From: Octopus bimaculoides
Lineage: Eukaryota
Direction of reading: 5' to 3'
Assembly: GCF_001194135.2 (NCBI RefSeq)
Contig: NC_068988.1
Span: forward strand, 47,557,015 to 47,590,757
Length of the DNA stretch: 33,743 bases
Part shown: positions 11,291 through 22,572 of the stretch, in pieces
Position numbering within the stretch: the first letter of the stretch is position 1
How the letters are laid out: each line of letters starts with the position of its first letter
Position numbers and translations under genes: made by a program
The notes under the pieces: model-generated
Seen by the model: only the letters and a program-made list of their open reading frames with translations
What the model was told of the DNA's origin: nothing
Databases searched by the model: none

Positions 11291-11948
11291 TGCAAGTGAA
11301 TATACTTAAAGTCAAGAGCGATCAAAATTTTAATCAACAAGTAGTTGATTGAAATATAGACAGTCACATATGTATAACAACTATATTCACATATACCTAT
11401 ACGCTGTTCCATAATTAAAACCATATCGGGAAATATATGCACCTCTACGCAAGTGCAATTACATATATGCATATACAACAGTTCTGTATTTAAAGCAATC
11501 ATATGCACAAATAATTTCTCATACAAATACATTACAAAAACGTAATCACAAATCAAGACATACAAATACACATTTTTACATACAGTGGCTCACAAAGCAA
11601 AAAGTTGTACATGCATATACACCGAAAACCAATGTGCATACACCTACACATATAGAAGCCAGATGTGTATAAATTGATTTATGCAACCACACGAATATAC
11701 CTATGCATGAATAAATATAAATATACCTTTGCATGAATAAAATCGCATGAAACAATACTGACAAGCACACATATTAGCATGAAAAAAATCACACCAATAA
11801 AATCAGAATCAGTAACTGACATATTTTAGGGAAAAAAGCAACAGAAAACCAGCAATCAATTAACTAATAGTTACTAGATAATTACACAGATATAAGTTCA
11901 TAGTAATAACAATAATGATAGCAACAACAACAACAATAATAATAATGG

Positions 11949-12166
11949 TTTTAAATTTTTCCACAAGGGTAGCAATTTTTTTGGGGGGGTGGGGGGATGA
12001 GTTGATTACATCAACCCAGTGTTCAACTGGTATTTCTTTTATCGAACTCACAAAAATGAAAAGCAAAGTCGACATCGGCGGAATTCGAACTCAGAACGTA
12101 GAGACGGACAAAATAACGCTAAATCTTTTGTCCGGCGTGCTAACGATTCTTCCAGCTCACCGCCTA
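11949..12166 (-). mobile_element. SINE family A, copy 1 of tandem triplet
   Basis: Head GGCGGTGAGCTGG, B box GTTCGAATTC, GTCGACTTTGC core. Confidence 0.8.
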
Positions 12167-12208
12167 GATGATGATGATGATGATGACACTAGCAATAATA
12201 ATAATAAT

Positions 12209-12414
12209 CTTTTCTACTACAGGCACAAGGACAGCAATGTTGGGGAAAGAGGAATCGATTACATCGACTCCAGTGTTTAACTGGTAGTTACTTCATCGAT
12301 CTCAAAAAGGCAAAGTCGACCTTAGCAAAATTTAACCTCAGATCGTAAAGACGGACGAAATCACACTAAGCGTTTCGTCCGGCATGCTAACAATTCTGCT
12401 AGCTCACCTCCGTT
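12209..12414 (-). mobile_element. SINE family A, copy 2 of tandem triplet
   Basis: Same head and core; tail ends GTAGAAAAG as in the 8705 copy. Confidence 0.8.
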
Positions 12415-12423
12415 AATAATAAA

Positions 12424-12630
12424 CCTTTTTTATATAGGCATGAGACCTGAAATTTGGGGGAAAAGAACTAGTCGAAAGAATTGACCCCAGCGTTTCACCG
12501 ATACTGAATTTAATGACCCCCGAAAGGATGAAAGGCGAAGTCGACCTCTGGGAATTTGAACTCAGAACATAAAGACAAACAAAATAACGCTAAACCGGTG
12601 TGCTTAATGATTCTTCCAGCTTCCAGCCTT
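12424..12630 (-). mobile_element. SINE family A, copy 3 of tandem triplet
   Basis: Same core (GAGTTCAAATTC...AGGTCGACTTCGCCTTTCATCC). Confidence 0.75.
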
Positions 12631-12631
12631 A

Positions 12632-12652
12632 GTGGTGGTGGTGGTGGTGATA

Positions 12653-12717
<65 letters not shown>

Positions 12718-12718
12718 A
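12632..12718. repeat. (GGT)n-(GAT)n microsatellite
   Basis: Directly visible; source of the poly-D, poly-M and poly-S ORFs. Confidence 0.95.
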
Positions 12719-13285
12719 AATTCATGGAAAGAGACTCTTAAAGACCTTAAGACCTTTGACAACAGGTTGCTGTCCGCTCTCACAGAATTAACAGGTGCAT
12801 TTAAGATCGGGAGCTCTGAGAAATAAAATATAATAATAAAATCAAAATATTTTCTTTACTAGCTATGTTTATATATGATGTTGCTTTAATCCTTCAAGCA
12901 ATAACAGTCTCTTTGCGTATGAACGTATTTTTAAAAGATGTAAGACACCAATATTAATGGAATAGAAACACATTGCAACGCATTCGTACCTACTATAATT
13001 ACACACCATTACACAACATGTACCAATCGTACACGCGTTCTTACACACTGACAATCACATTTAGTATAAATATACGGTCAACTGGTGTCGAAAATTATGG
13101 ACTGAAAGCAAGAACCATTAATTAAGTTAAAGTAGAGCATTTTGAAGATGATTGACCAATTTAAAAAAATAATAATATCAAACCGACATTCACTCAGCTA
13201 TACTTGCTGAAAATTTTACATAGACAAATTAACACCTATAAATTCATAAACGACACCGTTTGCAAATGCAAGTAGAAACATCGGA

Positions 13286-13486
13286 TTCAGATTTTGGCAC
13301 ACGGCCAGCAAGTTCTAAGGAGGATCTAAGTCGATTACATCGACTCGGGTGCTCAACTGGTACTTGTTCTTTTCAAAGGATGTAAGTCAAGGTCGGCGAA
13401 ATTTGAACTCGGAACGTAAAGGGAAACAAAATGCTACTAAGCATCTTTGCACAGCGGGCATACGATTCTACCAGATCGGTTGCCTT
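13286..13486 (-). mobile_element. SINE family A, diverged copy
   Basis: GAGTTCAAATTTCGCCGACC and AAGTACCAGTTGAGCACC motifs align with the other copies. Confidence 0.7.
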
Positions 13487-14025
13487 AATTGCAAACACAA
13501 ATTTTGAGATTCTTTAAAGAAATGACAGATACTTTTGTTTGTTTAACCGCTAACGATATTTGATCCTCTGAAATATATCATCAAATTGACAAAGGCATAA
13601 ACGCCCATGCCTATCATGTATAGATTATACATATACACACAAGCAGCAAAGCTTACAAATAGCAATAAATATATATATTCAAAATACTGAATTCACATTT
13701 CTAGCCAAGACGAAAGCGTTAAGTGGTCATATGTTCTGCTAAAAATAGAAACCGACCTCCCTTAACTCAAACCTCACTTACTTGCTTAAAAAATATACAT
13801 TGTATAATATAATTTATATTGTTTTATATGTGAGAAAAATACTTGTTCAAGATTGACCTGAGGTTAAACTCCACAAGCATCTTATCTGTACTTGGGTGAA
13901 GTATATAATTTCACGGTTATCAATTCCCCATTATATGTAAGTATTTAAAATATTTTTCATCAATACTACTTTTATCGAACTTATTAAAATGTAGTGATGT
14001 ATTTATCTATCAAGCTGCAGACCAT

Positions 14026-14054
14026 ATATATGCATATATATATATATACATACA

Positions 14055-14109
<55 letters not shown>
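14026..14109. repeat. (TA)n microsatellite
   Basis: Directly visible. Confidence 0.95.
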
Positions 14110-14112
<3 letters not shown>

Positions 14113-14529
14113 AAAATATGACACCTGGGGCAGATTAGAGTTTGAATCAATTCAAAACAATGTATAAATACAACAACTGTTAATATGCACTCTGAAGATG
14201 GGATTAATAACTCTGAAAATTCTAATATTGTCTTCTAATATGGATACAAGAGCAAAAATTTCTGATCTGGAAATAGCGATACATATTTTAGGGAAAGCAA
14301 AATGTGAGTGAATATACGAATATATACATATATACAGGCATACAGACAGATAGATAGATAAATAGAATTTTGTATATGTACGTGTATATGTTGTATATGT
14401 ATATATAAACCATAGAAAATTAGAAGGTAGGTGAGGTGAATATGTCTAACCATTTGTTATCCTTAGGATTATGACCATTTTATCATACTGATATACCCGA
14501 TTCCAAGAACTGTACTATTATTAAAAGCG

Positions 14530-14900
14530 AAGCTAAGCCCATCATAGCTGTTAATAATCAAGGTAACTTTGCACCGTGTAACCTCTATAATAAATCATTG
14601 TGTCCTATTAATAACCAATGCCTTTGGAAAAATATAGTATATAATTGATCTTGTCCTTATCCTTCGTAAAGCACATGTCTATATCAGTGCGTCCTCTTTC
14701 TCATTCAAACTTCGCTGGAATTATCACAAACCTACATTTAGGCAGAAACAGCTAATAGTACATCTCTAACTAAATTTGTACATTCTCTCATTGATAATCG
14801 TATTGAATTTTAAATTTCTTGGTCTATCGTATGCAATGCACAACCATTATAAAGATGGTGAAGGATGGAAGCTGGTGAAAACTATCTATTTGAGGCATTC
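14530..14900 (+). pseudogene. Penelope-like element relic: GIY-YIG endonuclease region
   Basis: Across stops and frameshifts: CNLYNKSLCPINNQCLWKNIVY (from 14577), VYIS..SFKLRWNYHKPTFRQK, NSTSLTKFVHSLIDNRIEF*ISWSIVCNAQP. This follows the recalled PLE pattern CNC...CP..G.CL...IVY / YIG...FK.R..NHK..F / NST.LSK....L......F.I.WSI. Confidence 0.75.
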
Positions 14901-15034
14901 CATATTAATAAAATTACATTCAGTAGTACTTTTCAGTGTGTAAGATGCCAGCATCTTTTTCTATTTTCTAGGAATTCCTAACCTTACACTTAATTATTTT
15001 ATCTATACTAATAAACATTACAGCCTAAATCAAA

Positions 15035-15135
15035 ACCTGCTGAGGTCGTCTTTAAGTTTCATCTATCCAGGCTCAGTAAATTAAGTACAAGACATATACT
15101 ACTGTCAGTGGGGTAGATTAACCACTACCTCCAAA
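15035..15135 (+). mobile_element. SINE family A, degenerate central fragment
   Basis: GAGGTCGTCTTTAAGTTTCATC...AAATTAAGTACAAG resembles the family core. Confidence 0.4.
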
Positions 15136-18100
15136 TTTCGTACTTTAAGAACAATTATTGTTAATTATCTGATGATGAATCGACAGAACCCTTTTGCAAC
15201 TTTTGGAAACATTCTTTGCTGGTTTTTATTAGAGTTCTTAACATTGCGAAAGCTGCCAGGGCCATTCTTCTGGTTCGATAAAATAATATACCAATCTTGA
15301 ACTAATGTCGATTTAAACGAGTAACTCCCTTCCTCAAATTTTTTGATCTGTTTCTATGCTAGAAACAATAATTATTATTGCTTTGCTGTTGTTATTTTTT
15401 GCCATTGTTGCTGTTGGATTTTAACATATTTGTCATCTCTTCAGTTTCTACTTTGAATTTGCTGTTTTTCTTCGAAAGTAAGTTAAACTTTATTGCTTGT
15501 TCTTAAAATTTTAATTTTGTTCTTTCGTTTCTGCTCCATTCAAAATGTTTTGTAGCACGGATGTCAATGGATGTGGACTTTGGCAATGATGGTAGGCCCA
15601 TCCTTTCTTCGATGAATGGTAATATATTTAAAATGTTTCAGACAATAGTGAAAATAATATATTTATATAGAAATTCGGACCAGAAATGTAATCACAAATA
15701 ATAGAGAAGAGAATATGAAAACATGCCTTAGAACTACAAAAACGACAGTAGTGTTATCTTACACAACATAATACACAGCAATAACAATGCTTGCATAAAA
15801 CAACAACGCATAACATTGAGAAAATCTCACAACATAAAACAGAGAAAAGTAACAGCACATAACAGACTTAGTAAGCAAAAGCATATTTGTTAATCCCGTA
15901 GCTTCACGCATATGTTTAGATATAAATTTAAAAGAAGAAAAAAAAAATGAAGAAATTCGGCAATACGTCAGGAGCAAGAAAGATATGTTACAATTCCAAA
16001 AGGCATACCGAAAAATATTGGTAAAATAAGAAAAACCTTTACTATTATAAAAATCTGCAACAAGATAAGACGTCTTGAAAAAGAAAGAAAAAATACAACT
16101 AAGAAATGATTGCAAAGAAGTAGTAGACGAGAAAATGATTCGCGTGAGAGAGGGTTAGTTTCTTTCTTTCGGATTAGAGAATGTGTTACCTAGTAATGAA
16201 CATGATGCTTAAAAAACTGCTACATTGATTTGAATGTGCGATGAATACGCATCCATGTCTTTTAAATAAGGAGAAAAGTTCTTAAGGTGAAGGTAATAAC
16301 AATAATGGGAACATTCGTTGATTTTAGGAAGAATTTAGTGGAGATTGGTCGATGTAAGCATGGATAAATATGAAGATTGTCACGAAGTGAACATATATTT
16401 CAAGGCAATGGTATACGCCAAAGATTTTCAGGACCAGCGCGATTATTCTCAGAAAGAGCTGGGGAGCAAATAATTTGACATTGGTTTAATATAAGAACAT
16501 TGTAGATGCTTCAAATACAAAAAGAACATTCGAAAGCCCACGCCCCACCATACTGCTCCTCCCACAAAGTGATAAAATCGTATAAGACATGTCTGGCTGC
16601 TGTAAGTGTCATTATCGGATTTGATTCTATGGTGTCGAAGCGAGTACGTTGATTAAGCTTTCAAATGTGAGTGATAGTATTGAAAAAGAGACTTTTCCGC
16701 TTCTAGCCAAACCTAATAAAAATTTTCTGGAGCTTCTTCTCCAACTAACCAGATAGACATTGTCTAAACTTTTCTGATATTACATCATGCTACGAGATAG
16801 AGGTTTTTGGAGTAAGGTTCTAAATGGTAGATTGGGAATAAAAATAACTACAAGTCCTCTAGCAAGCTAGGTTAAACTTTTTTATGATTTTCATGGTTAT
16901 CTTAGTTGTTCGAAAAAGTAGGATTTGGTAACAAAAGTTAGATATAAAGGTTAAGAAATCAAAGGAGACCTCCACAACTTAAAAGAAGTTATGATGGTGA
17001 TTAAATTCCATTTTTTTTTTATTTACATGAGGATAAAATCTTTCCTCTCTGCTGATCTAAATAAATTCTTTAATACGGTTCGATCAAACTTCCCACAGAA
17101 GTTGTAACGCATTCCAGTTCAATACCGGCTTTCTTTAAGTTTCTCTCAATTTCAGCCATAGTTATAGAGGGAGTCTATTCTCTAAATGAGAATGGAATAA
17201 GAAGTATCTCAACATAAGGTCACTTGCAGAAATGCCTCGGATCTCCTGATATCATATTAATCAGTGTGTCATGTCATTCGCAATTCTTCTGCATAAATCT
17301 TGGAGAATTAAATGTTCTTGAACAAATCAAAATGATTTCTTTACACATGGGCTGTTTACGTAGGAATAGTGATAGAAGTGTGCATGTAATTATGATATAA
17401 CATACTCTAGATTTTCCAAAGTAAACCCAGACAAACCATTTAAGGTGACCTAGACCATATTTAAATAGTTTTTAAGCCAATGGTTTAGAAAAGCGTTGTA
17501 TAGCCACATATTGCCACATATTTTGATGTCTGATTACGTGTATCTTACAGATGGACATAAAACACTTACAAAAACTTGATTAGCAGATAAAAATGTAGCA
17601 CGTAATTCGCAACACAAATAGTTTGGAATATTAGGATTAGCAAGTTAGTTAATGAGAAATATCAAAGTAAATTCTGTTATTTTGGCAACCATATAACTAT
17701 AGAGAACAATATATCAGAAGAGGTCTAGTCATCACTTTAGAAGAGGGAGTTAGAAAAAAGAGCATTGCACAAGACGTGGTAACTTATACACGAAAGGATG
17801 GAGTCTATTTAATAGGCTTCGAAGGACAAACATGTGACGGCTTAAGAGGCATAACCATCTCTTTGAGGTATGGCATTATCCAATCTCAAGAGTCGAGTGA
17901 TATTTCAGCAGCACTTCGCTTTACGTTTGGGAGAAAATTGGCATCATCAATGCCTACTATATCCGTCCACCTCAGATCTTAATATCTGAGATTTGGTAAG
18001 TACTGAAGAGGTATGCCAGGAGGTAACTGATATGATTGGATAACCTGGATTGGAAAGCTAGCAGAACGATATTTACCCAATACACATAGATATTTTTCCA

Positions 18101-18180
18101 ATATGAGAATGCTCTCAGAAATCGTTACAGTCACTAACTCTCCTAATGGTTTTTCCCTACTTGATGTTTCTGAAACTTAA

Positions 18181-18380
18181 GGTGGCGAGATGGCAGAGTC
18201 GTTAGCACACCAGATAAAGTGCTTAGCAGTATTTCGTCTGCCCTTTTGAGTTCAAATTTCGCCAAGGTTCACCTTCCATTCTTTCGAGATCAATAAACCA
18301 AGTACCAGTTAAGTACTGCGGTCGATACAATCAATTTAGCTATTCTCCCTGAACATGCTGGCCTTGTGTCAAGATTTTTG
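18181..18380 (+). mobile_element. SINE family A, complete monomer
   Basis: GGTGGCGAGATGGCAGAGTCGTTAGCAC...GAGTTCAAATTTCGCC...GGCCTTGTGTC. Confidence 0.8.
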
Positions 18381-18589
18381 TTGAGGATGATGATACTATT
18401 TTCTTCAGGACTCAAAGCATAGTTTGATCCAGTGCATACTACTTAAATAAGTTTCCAGACAACAGCTCCCTTAGGCTGGAGTTGTGTCCTGATTTCTAAG
18501 CAACTGCAAGTAAAAAATAATACTGCCCTCGATCACAATGTTACTTGTCAGCAGAGTCTGTAGCGCAGCTATCACTGATACTCATTTTA

Positions 18590-18702
18590 GGGTGGGTAGA
18601 ATGAAGTAAATGAAAATGCAGTGCTTTGCACAAGGACACAACTCAACCTCGACTCGATCATGACCTGATCAGCCTAACTACAAAGACAAGCGCTTCCACA
18701 AT
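18590..18702 (-). mobile_element. Old SINE-like fragment (third family)
   Basis: AAATGCAGTGCTTTGCACAAGGACACAAC resembles the reverse strand of a SINE central domain; recalled, not verified. Confidence 0.3.
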
Positions 18703-19169
18703 GAGAAAAAAAATTGTTGTAAGGTCTGTTTATCTGGACATAATTAAATATTTAATCGGAATTCTCTTAACGAAACTCAACAAAAGTAAATGACTGCTAT
18801 TAATATATTTTTCTATATCTCTTCAATTTTAATGGCTTATGATATATGCCATTAGTCTAAAGAGTTCAATAAATGTATGTATATAAAGCCGGAAGTATTT
18901 TTGTTACAATAACAGGAATGTTATTGTCTGAAATAAAAGTTATTATGGATTTAATTAAGATAGTAGTATGACAGCTTGCCGCTACGATATATTGATAATA
19001 ACTTGAACTCAATTCAGGGGTCTATGTATGTAAACATACATACATACATACATACATACATACAACACCTGACCGTGCTCGGATTGTTCTTGCACAGGGG
19101 CCATCGGACTCCTGTCTGCGCCGTTAACAGGGATTAATCTTCTCTCTTCGCTCCTTTGCGCCACATGGG

Positions 19170-19745
19170 CTCAGCTTTCCTCCCCTCGCCTCTCCCCTCT
19201 CACCTACTTGCTCCCACCCACCTCTCCTGTCTTGCTCCGACTCCTACTTCTTCTCTTAACTCCTACTCTCCCCCTCTTCTCTTCACTCCTACCCACCTTC
19301 TCCTTCCTCCTTCATCGTCACTCCTACCTCGTAACCCCACCCCTATACATTCCAACCCCACCTTCCCTATCCTTCTCATCCCACACCACCCCATCCTTTA
19401 AACCCCCTCCCACATACCCCTCCTCTACCACCCACCCTATGTCTACCCACATACCCCACCTCTACCCCACCCTCAACCTAACCTACGGCCAACCCTTGCT
19501 TTCCCCCACTCTCACCCCCACCTCNNNNNNNNNNNNNNNNNNNNNNNNNNNNNNNNNNNNNNNNNNNNNNNNNNNNNNNNNNNNNNNNNNNNNNNNNNNN
19601 NNNNNNNNNNNNNNNNNNNNNNNNNNNNNNNNNNNNNNNNNNNNNNNNNNNNNNNNATCACACCATACCACACACTACTACACCATACACCACCATACCA
19701 CACATCACATTACATCACATTACATTACACCACCACGCACACATT
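19170..19745. repeat. C-rich low-complexity tract and CACAC/CACAT pentamer repeats around gap 19525-19656
   Basis: Visible; accounts for the P/T/H-rich ORFs. Confidence 0.75.
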
Positions 19746-20084
19746 AGCACTGACCACTTCCCAGCCCCCCATCTTCACGCCTACACATACACACGCACGC
19801 ATCAAGGTCACCAGCCCTCTTCCACATGCACATGCATACTCTCTTATACACACGCACGCGCACCTTTGTTTTTGGATCACCACTACTTTATTATCTCCCC
19901 TTCTTCCTAGCTCCCCTGTGTGACCCTTCTGTCTGGCATTCGCCATGATAGAACGCTAGACACTACACATTCTTTATTTTCTCTATATATGAATATAATG
20001 GTTGCCGTGAGAGTGCTGGATTGTATGTGCTTGTGTATGCGTATAAATGTTTCTGTGTGAGATTGTGTGAATATATGTTTATTC

Positions 20085-20441
20085 TGTCGAAGTATTTTAG
20101 TCGAACAAATCAACCCCAGGACTTATTTTTTAAAGCCTTGTACTTACTCTATCGGTCTCTTTTTGCCGAAACGCTAGGTTACGGGCACGTAAACACCAGC
20201 ACTGGTTGTCAAGCGGTGATGTGGGGGGACAAACACAGACACAAAGACACACACTGAGATACACACACATATATATAATACGGGCTTCTTTCAGTTTCCG
20301 TCTACCAAATCCACTCAGGAGGCTTTGGTCGGCCCAAGGCTATAGTATAAGACACTTGCCCAAACTGCCACGTAATGCGATGAAATCCAGAATCTTATGG
20401 TTGGGAAGCAAACATCTTACCGCACAGCCTCGCCTCCGCCT
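20085..20441 (-). mobile_element. SINE family B, long form with internal (TA)/(TG) microsatellite
   Basis: 20281-20441 is the reverse complement of the 5141-5326 body. Repeat-like sequence continues past the internal microsatellite to about 20085; its membership in the same element is inferred. Confidence 0.7.
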
Positions 20442-22289
20442 TTTTATATTTGTAAATTATTTCTACCTTTTCAAGTATCTAATAAAAGTTTCCCATGTAG
20501 CTGATACAATTCGACATATTTAGGGCAATGATCGATTCGAAATACTTAAATTCGTAGGTTGCTTTCTCATATAGCTGATTCAAATTGTTGCAGGATTACT
20601 TTTAAAATACGTTCTTAATATAGACTAAAGAAAATAGTAATTTAATAATATCTTAAATTGTTATACTGAAGCTGCTGAAAGGAGTATTTCAATCAACAGT
20701 TTTGTTTTGTTTTTTATCAAAACAAAGATTAAATTGTTTGAAGAAATTAACTTAATTGTATGCCACAAGGAAAATCAAAATATAATTGTAAAAGACAAAC
20801 AAGAAAACGTCTTCCATAATTACTAATTTAATTATATATGAATTAGTTGCTATCTGGATCTATATAAAAAAAACCACATTAGTCATACCGCAATAAATAA
20901 TTGGTAATAAGAATATTAGAATAATTAAGATTATGAATGCTTAGGTATTTTTCATGTAACAACATTGTTCTGTGTTCAACAATGAAGAATTAAAAATAAA
21001 AAGAAACATAAAGCTTGAATGAATATTAATCGTCGAAAAACTGAATATCAACCTATTTGTATTTTGTTCTTTTTATGGGGGAAAAGCACTTGTCTCACTT
21101 GTGAAAATATCGTAGATTTTTTTATATCATAAGACATAACAGAATTACAATGCAATAACGTGAAATAGCAAGAAAATTTTGAATGATTATAATAACGTTC
21201 AGTATTGATTTCAACGAACAGAGATTTAAATTGTTACACTTAATTTGGGAACACGAAATGTCCATGAATAATGTTTGACCAGTAATCTAATTCTAATCCA
21301 GTTGTGTGAGAGAATATAACAATTACTGTGCAAAATGACGGTGTTTTATTTTCTTCTACAGCAAATCAATGGTGATTTAAGGGGATTTTAACACTTCTTT
21401 ATAGTCACAAAGTAGCTCCAGCAAGTTAGGACTCAACATTGACATATTTTCATAAATTGGCTGAAGTATATTATGTGACTTACAATATAATAACGTAGAA
21501 AACGTCAGAATATGTATATGCCTAAGATAGCTTTGAGCAACGTAAAGTGCTCTTTTGTGTGTACTCTTGTTTAGTTTTGTACTCAGTGTCTCTTGCTAAA
21601 CATTAAGAACCCACCAAACAAATCAGATACTTGAATGTTGACAAATACATTGAATTTGAGGCTTCATCAGCTGACTATATGAAAAGACCAAACATATTTT
21701 CTTTAAAAATAATACCCAACTCAATAATCATTTCGCAGAACTATCATTTTACTTATCATTCAGATATTACATCATGGTCAGAACAGAAGTTTTCGTTTTT
21801 AAAGAGTTCACATCTTTTATACTCATCTCCAATAACATTCAACAGAAAGAATTTTGAAGAGTATCATCAATCACATATTTCAGCAGCTGGTAATTTACAT
21901 CAGGTGAGATGCTGGCAGATTAACTGTGCTTTAAGACATCATCCAGTACATTTCCTGTTATTTCAATCTTTTCAGAAGACTCACTTTTGTTCGTCTAGAC
22001 GGTGAAGCGAAATTAAAAGCTGTCTTCCATTCATGCTGTGAAGAATTAATGGAATCAAATTCATAAGAATCTAGTGAGACCCATGGAAATTACACCTTTA
22101 TAAAATTTCTATTTACTTTTTATTATCGCATAACTTTAGAAATCATTCCTAATATTGTTTCATTTCGATTATACCTTCGATTTCCTTCGTGATAAGCAGA
22201 TATAATAAAATTATTTCACAATCCCATATATCCATTTGTTAAATATCGCTTGTCATTAGCTGAAACATTACGAGATAATGCACACATAC

Positions 22290-22531
22290 TGTGATATATG
22301 TATGTATATATATATGTGTGTGGTGTGTGTGTGTATGTATATATATGTGTGTGTATATGAGCGCATATATATTTTTAGATATACATATATATAAACACGT
22401 ATATATATATTTATATATACATTTATATAAATATAAATGTATATTTATGCATATATATATATGTATATGTATATATATTAATATATATATAGATAAACAT
22501 ATATGCATATATATATGTATATGTATATATA

Positions 22532-22565
<34 letters not shown>

Positions 22566-22572
22566 TTATATA
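22290..22572. repeat. Imperfect (TA)/(TATG) microsatellite
   Basis: Directly visible; left flank of the telomeric array. Confidence 0.9.

Noticed and set aside
9283-12826. T/A-rich, poly-D, poly-M, poly-S and YI/LS ORFs
   Set aside because: Translations of microsatellites and low-complexity tracts.
14185-14235. CTGAAGA...GAAA...GTC hammerhead-like string
   Set aside because: Helix II is weak, and helices I and III cannot be formed.
21631-22005. 124-aa plus-strand ORF with a possible donor near 21890
   Set aside because: No recognisable motif, TTG start and a poor acceptor; compatible with chance.
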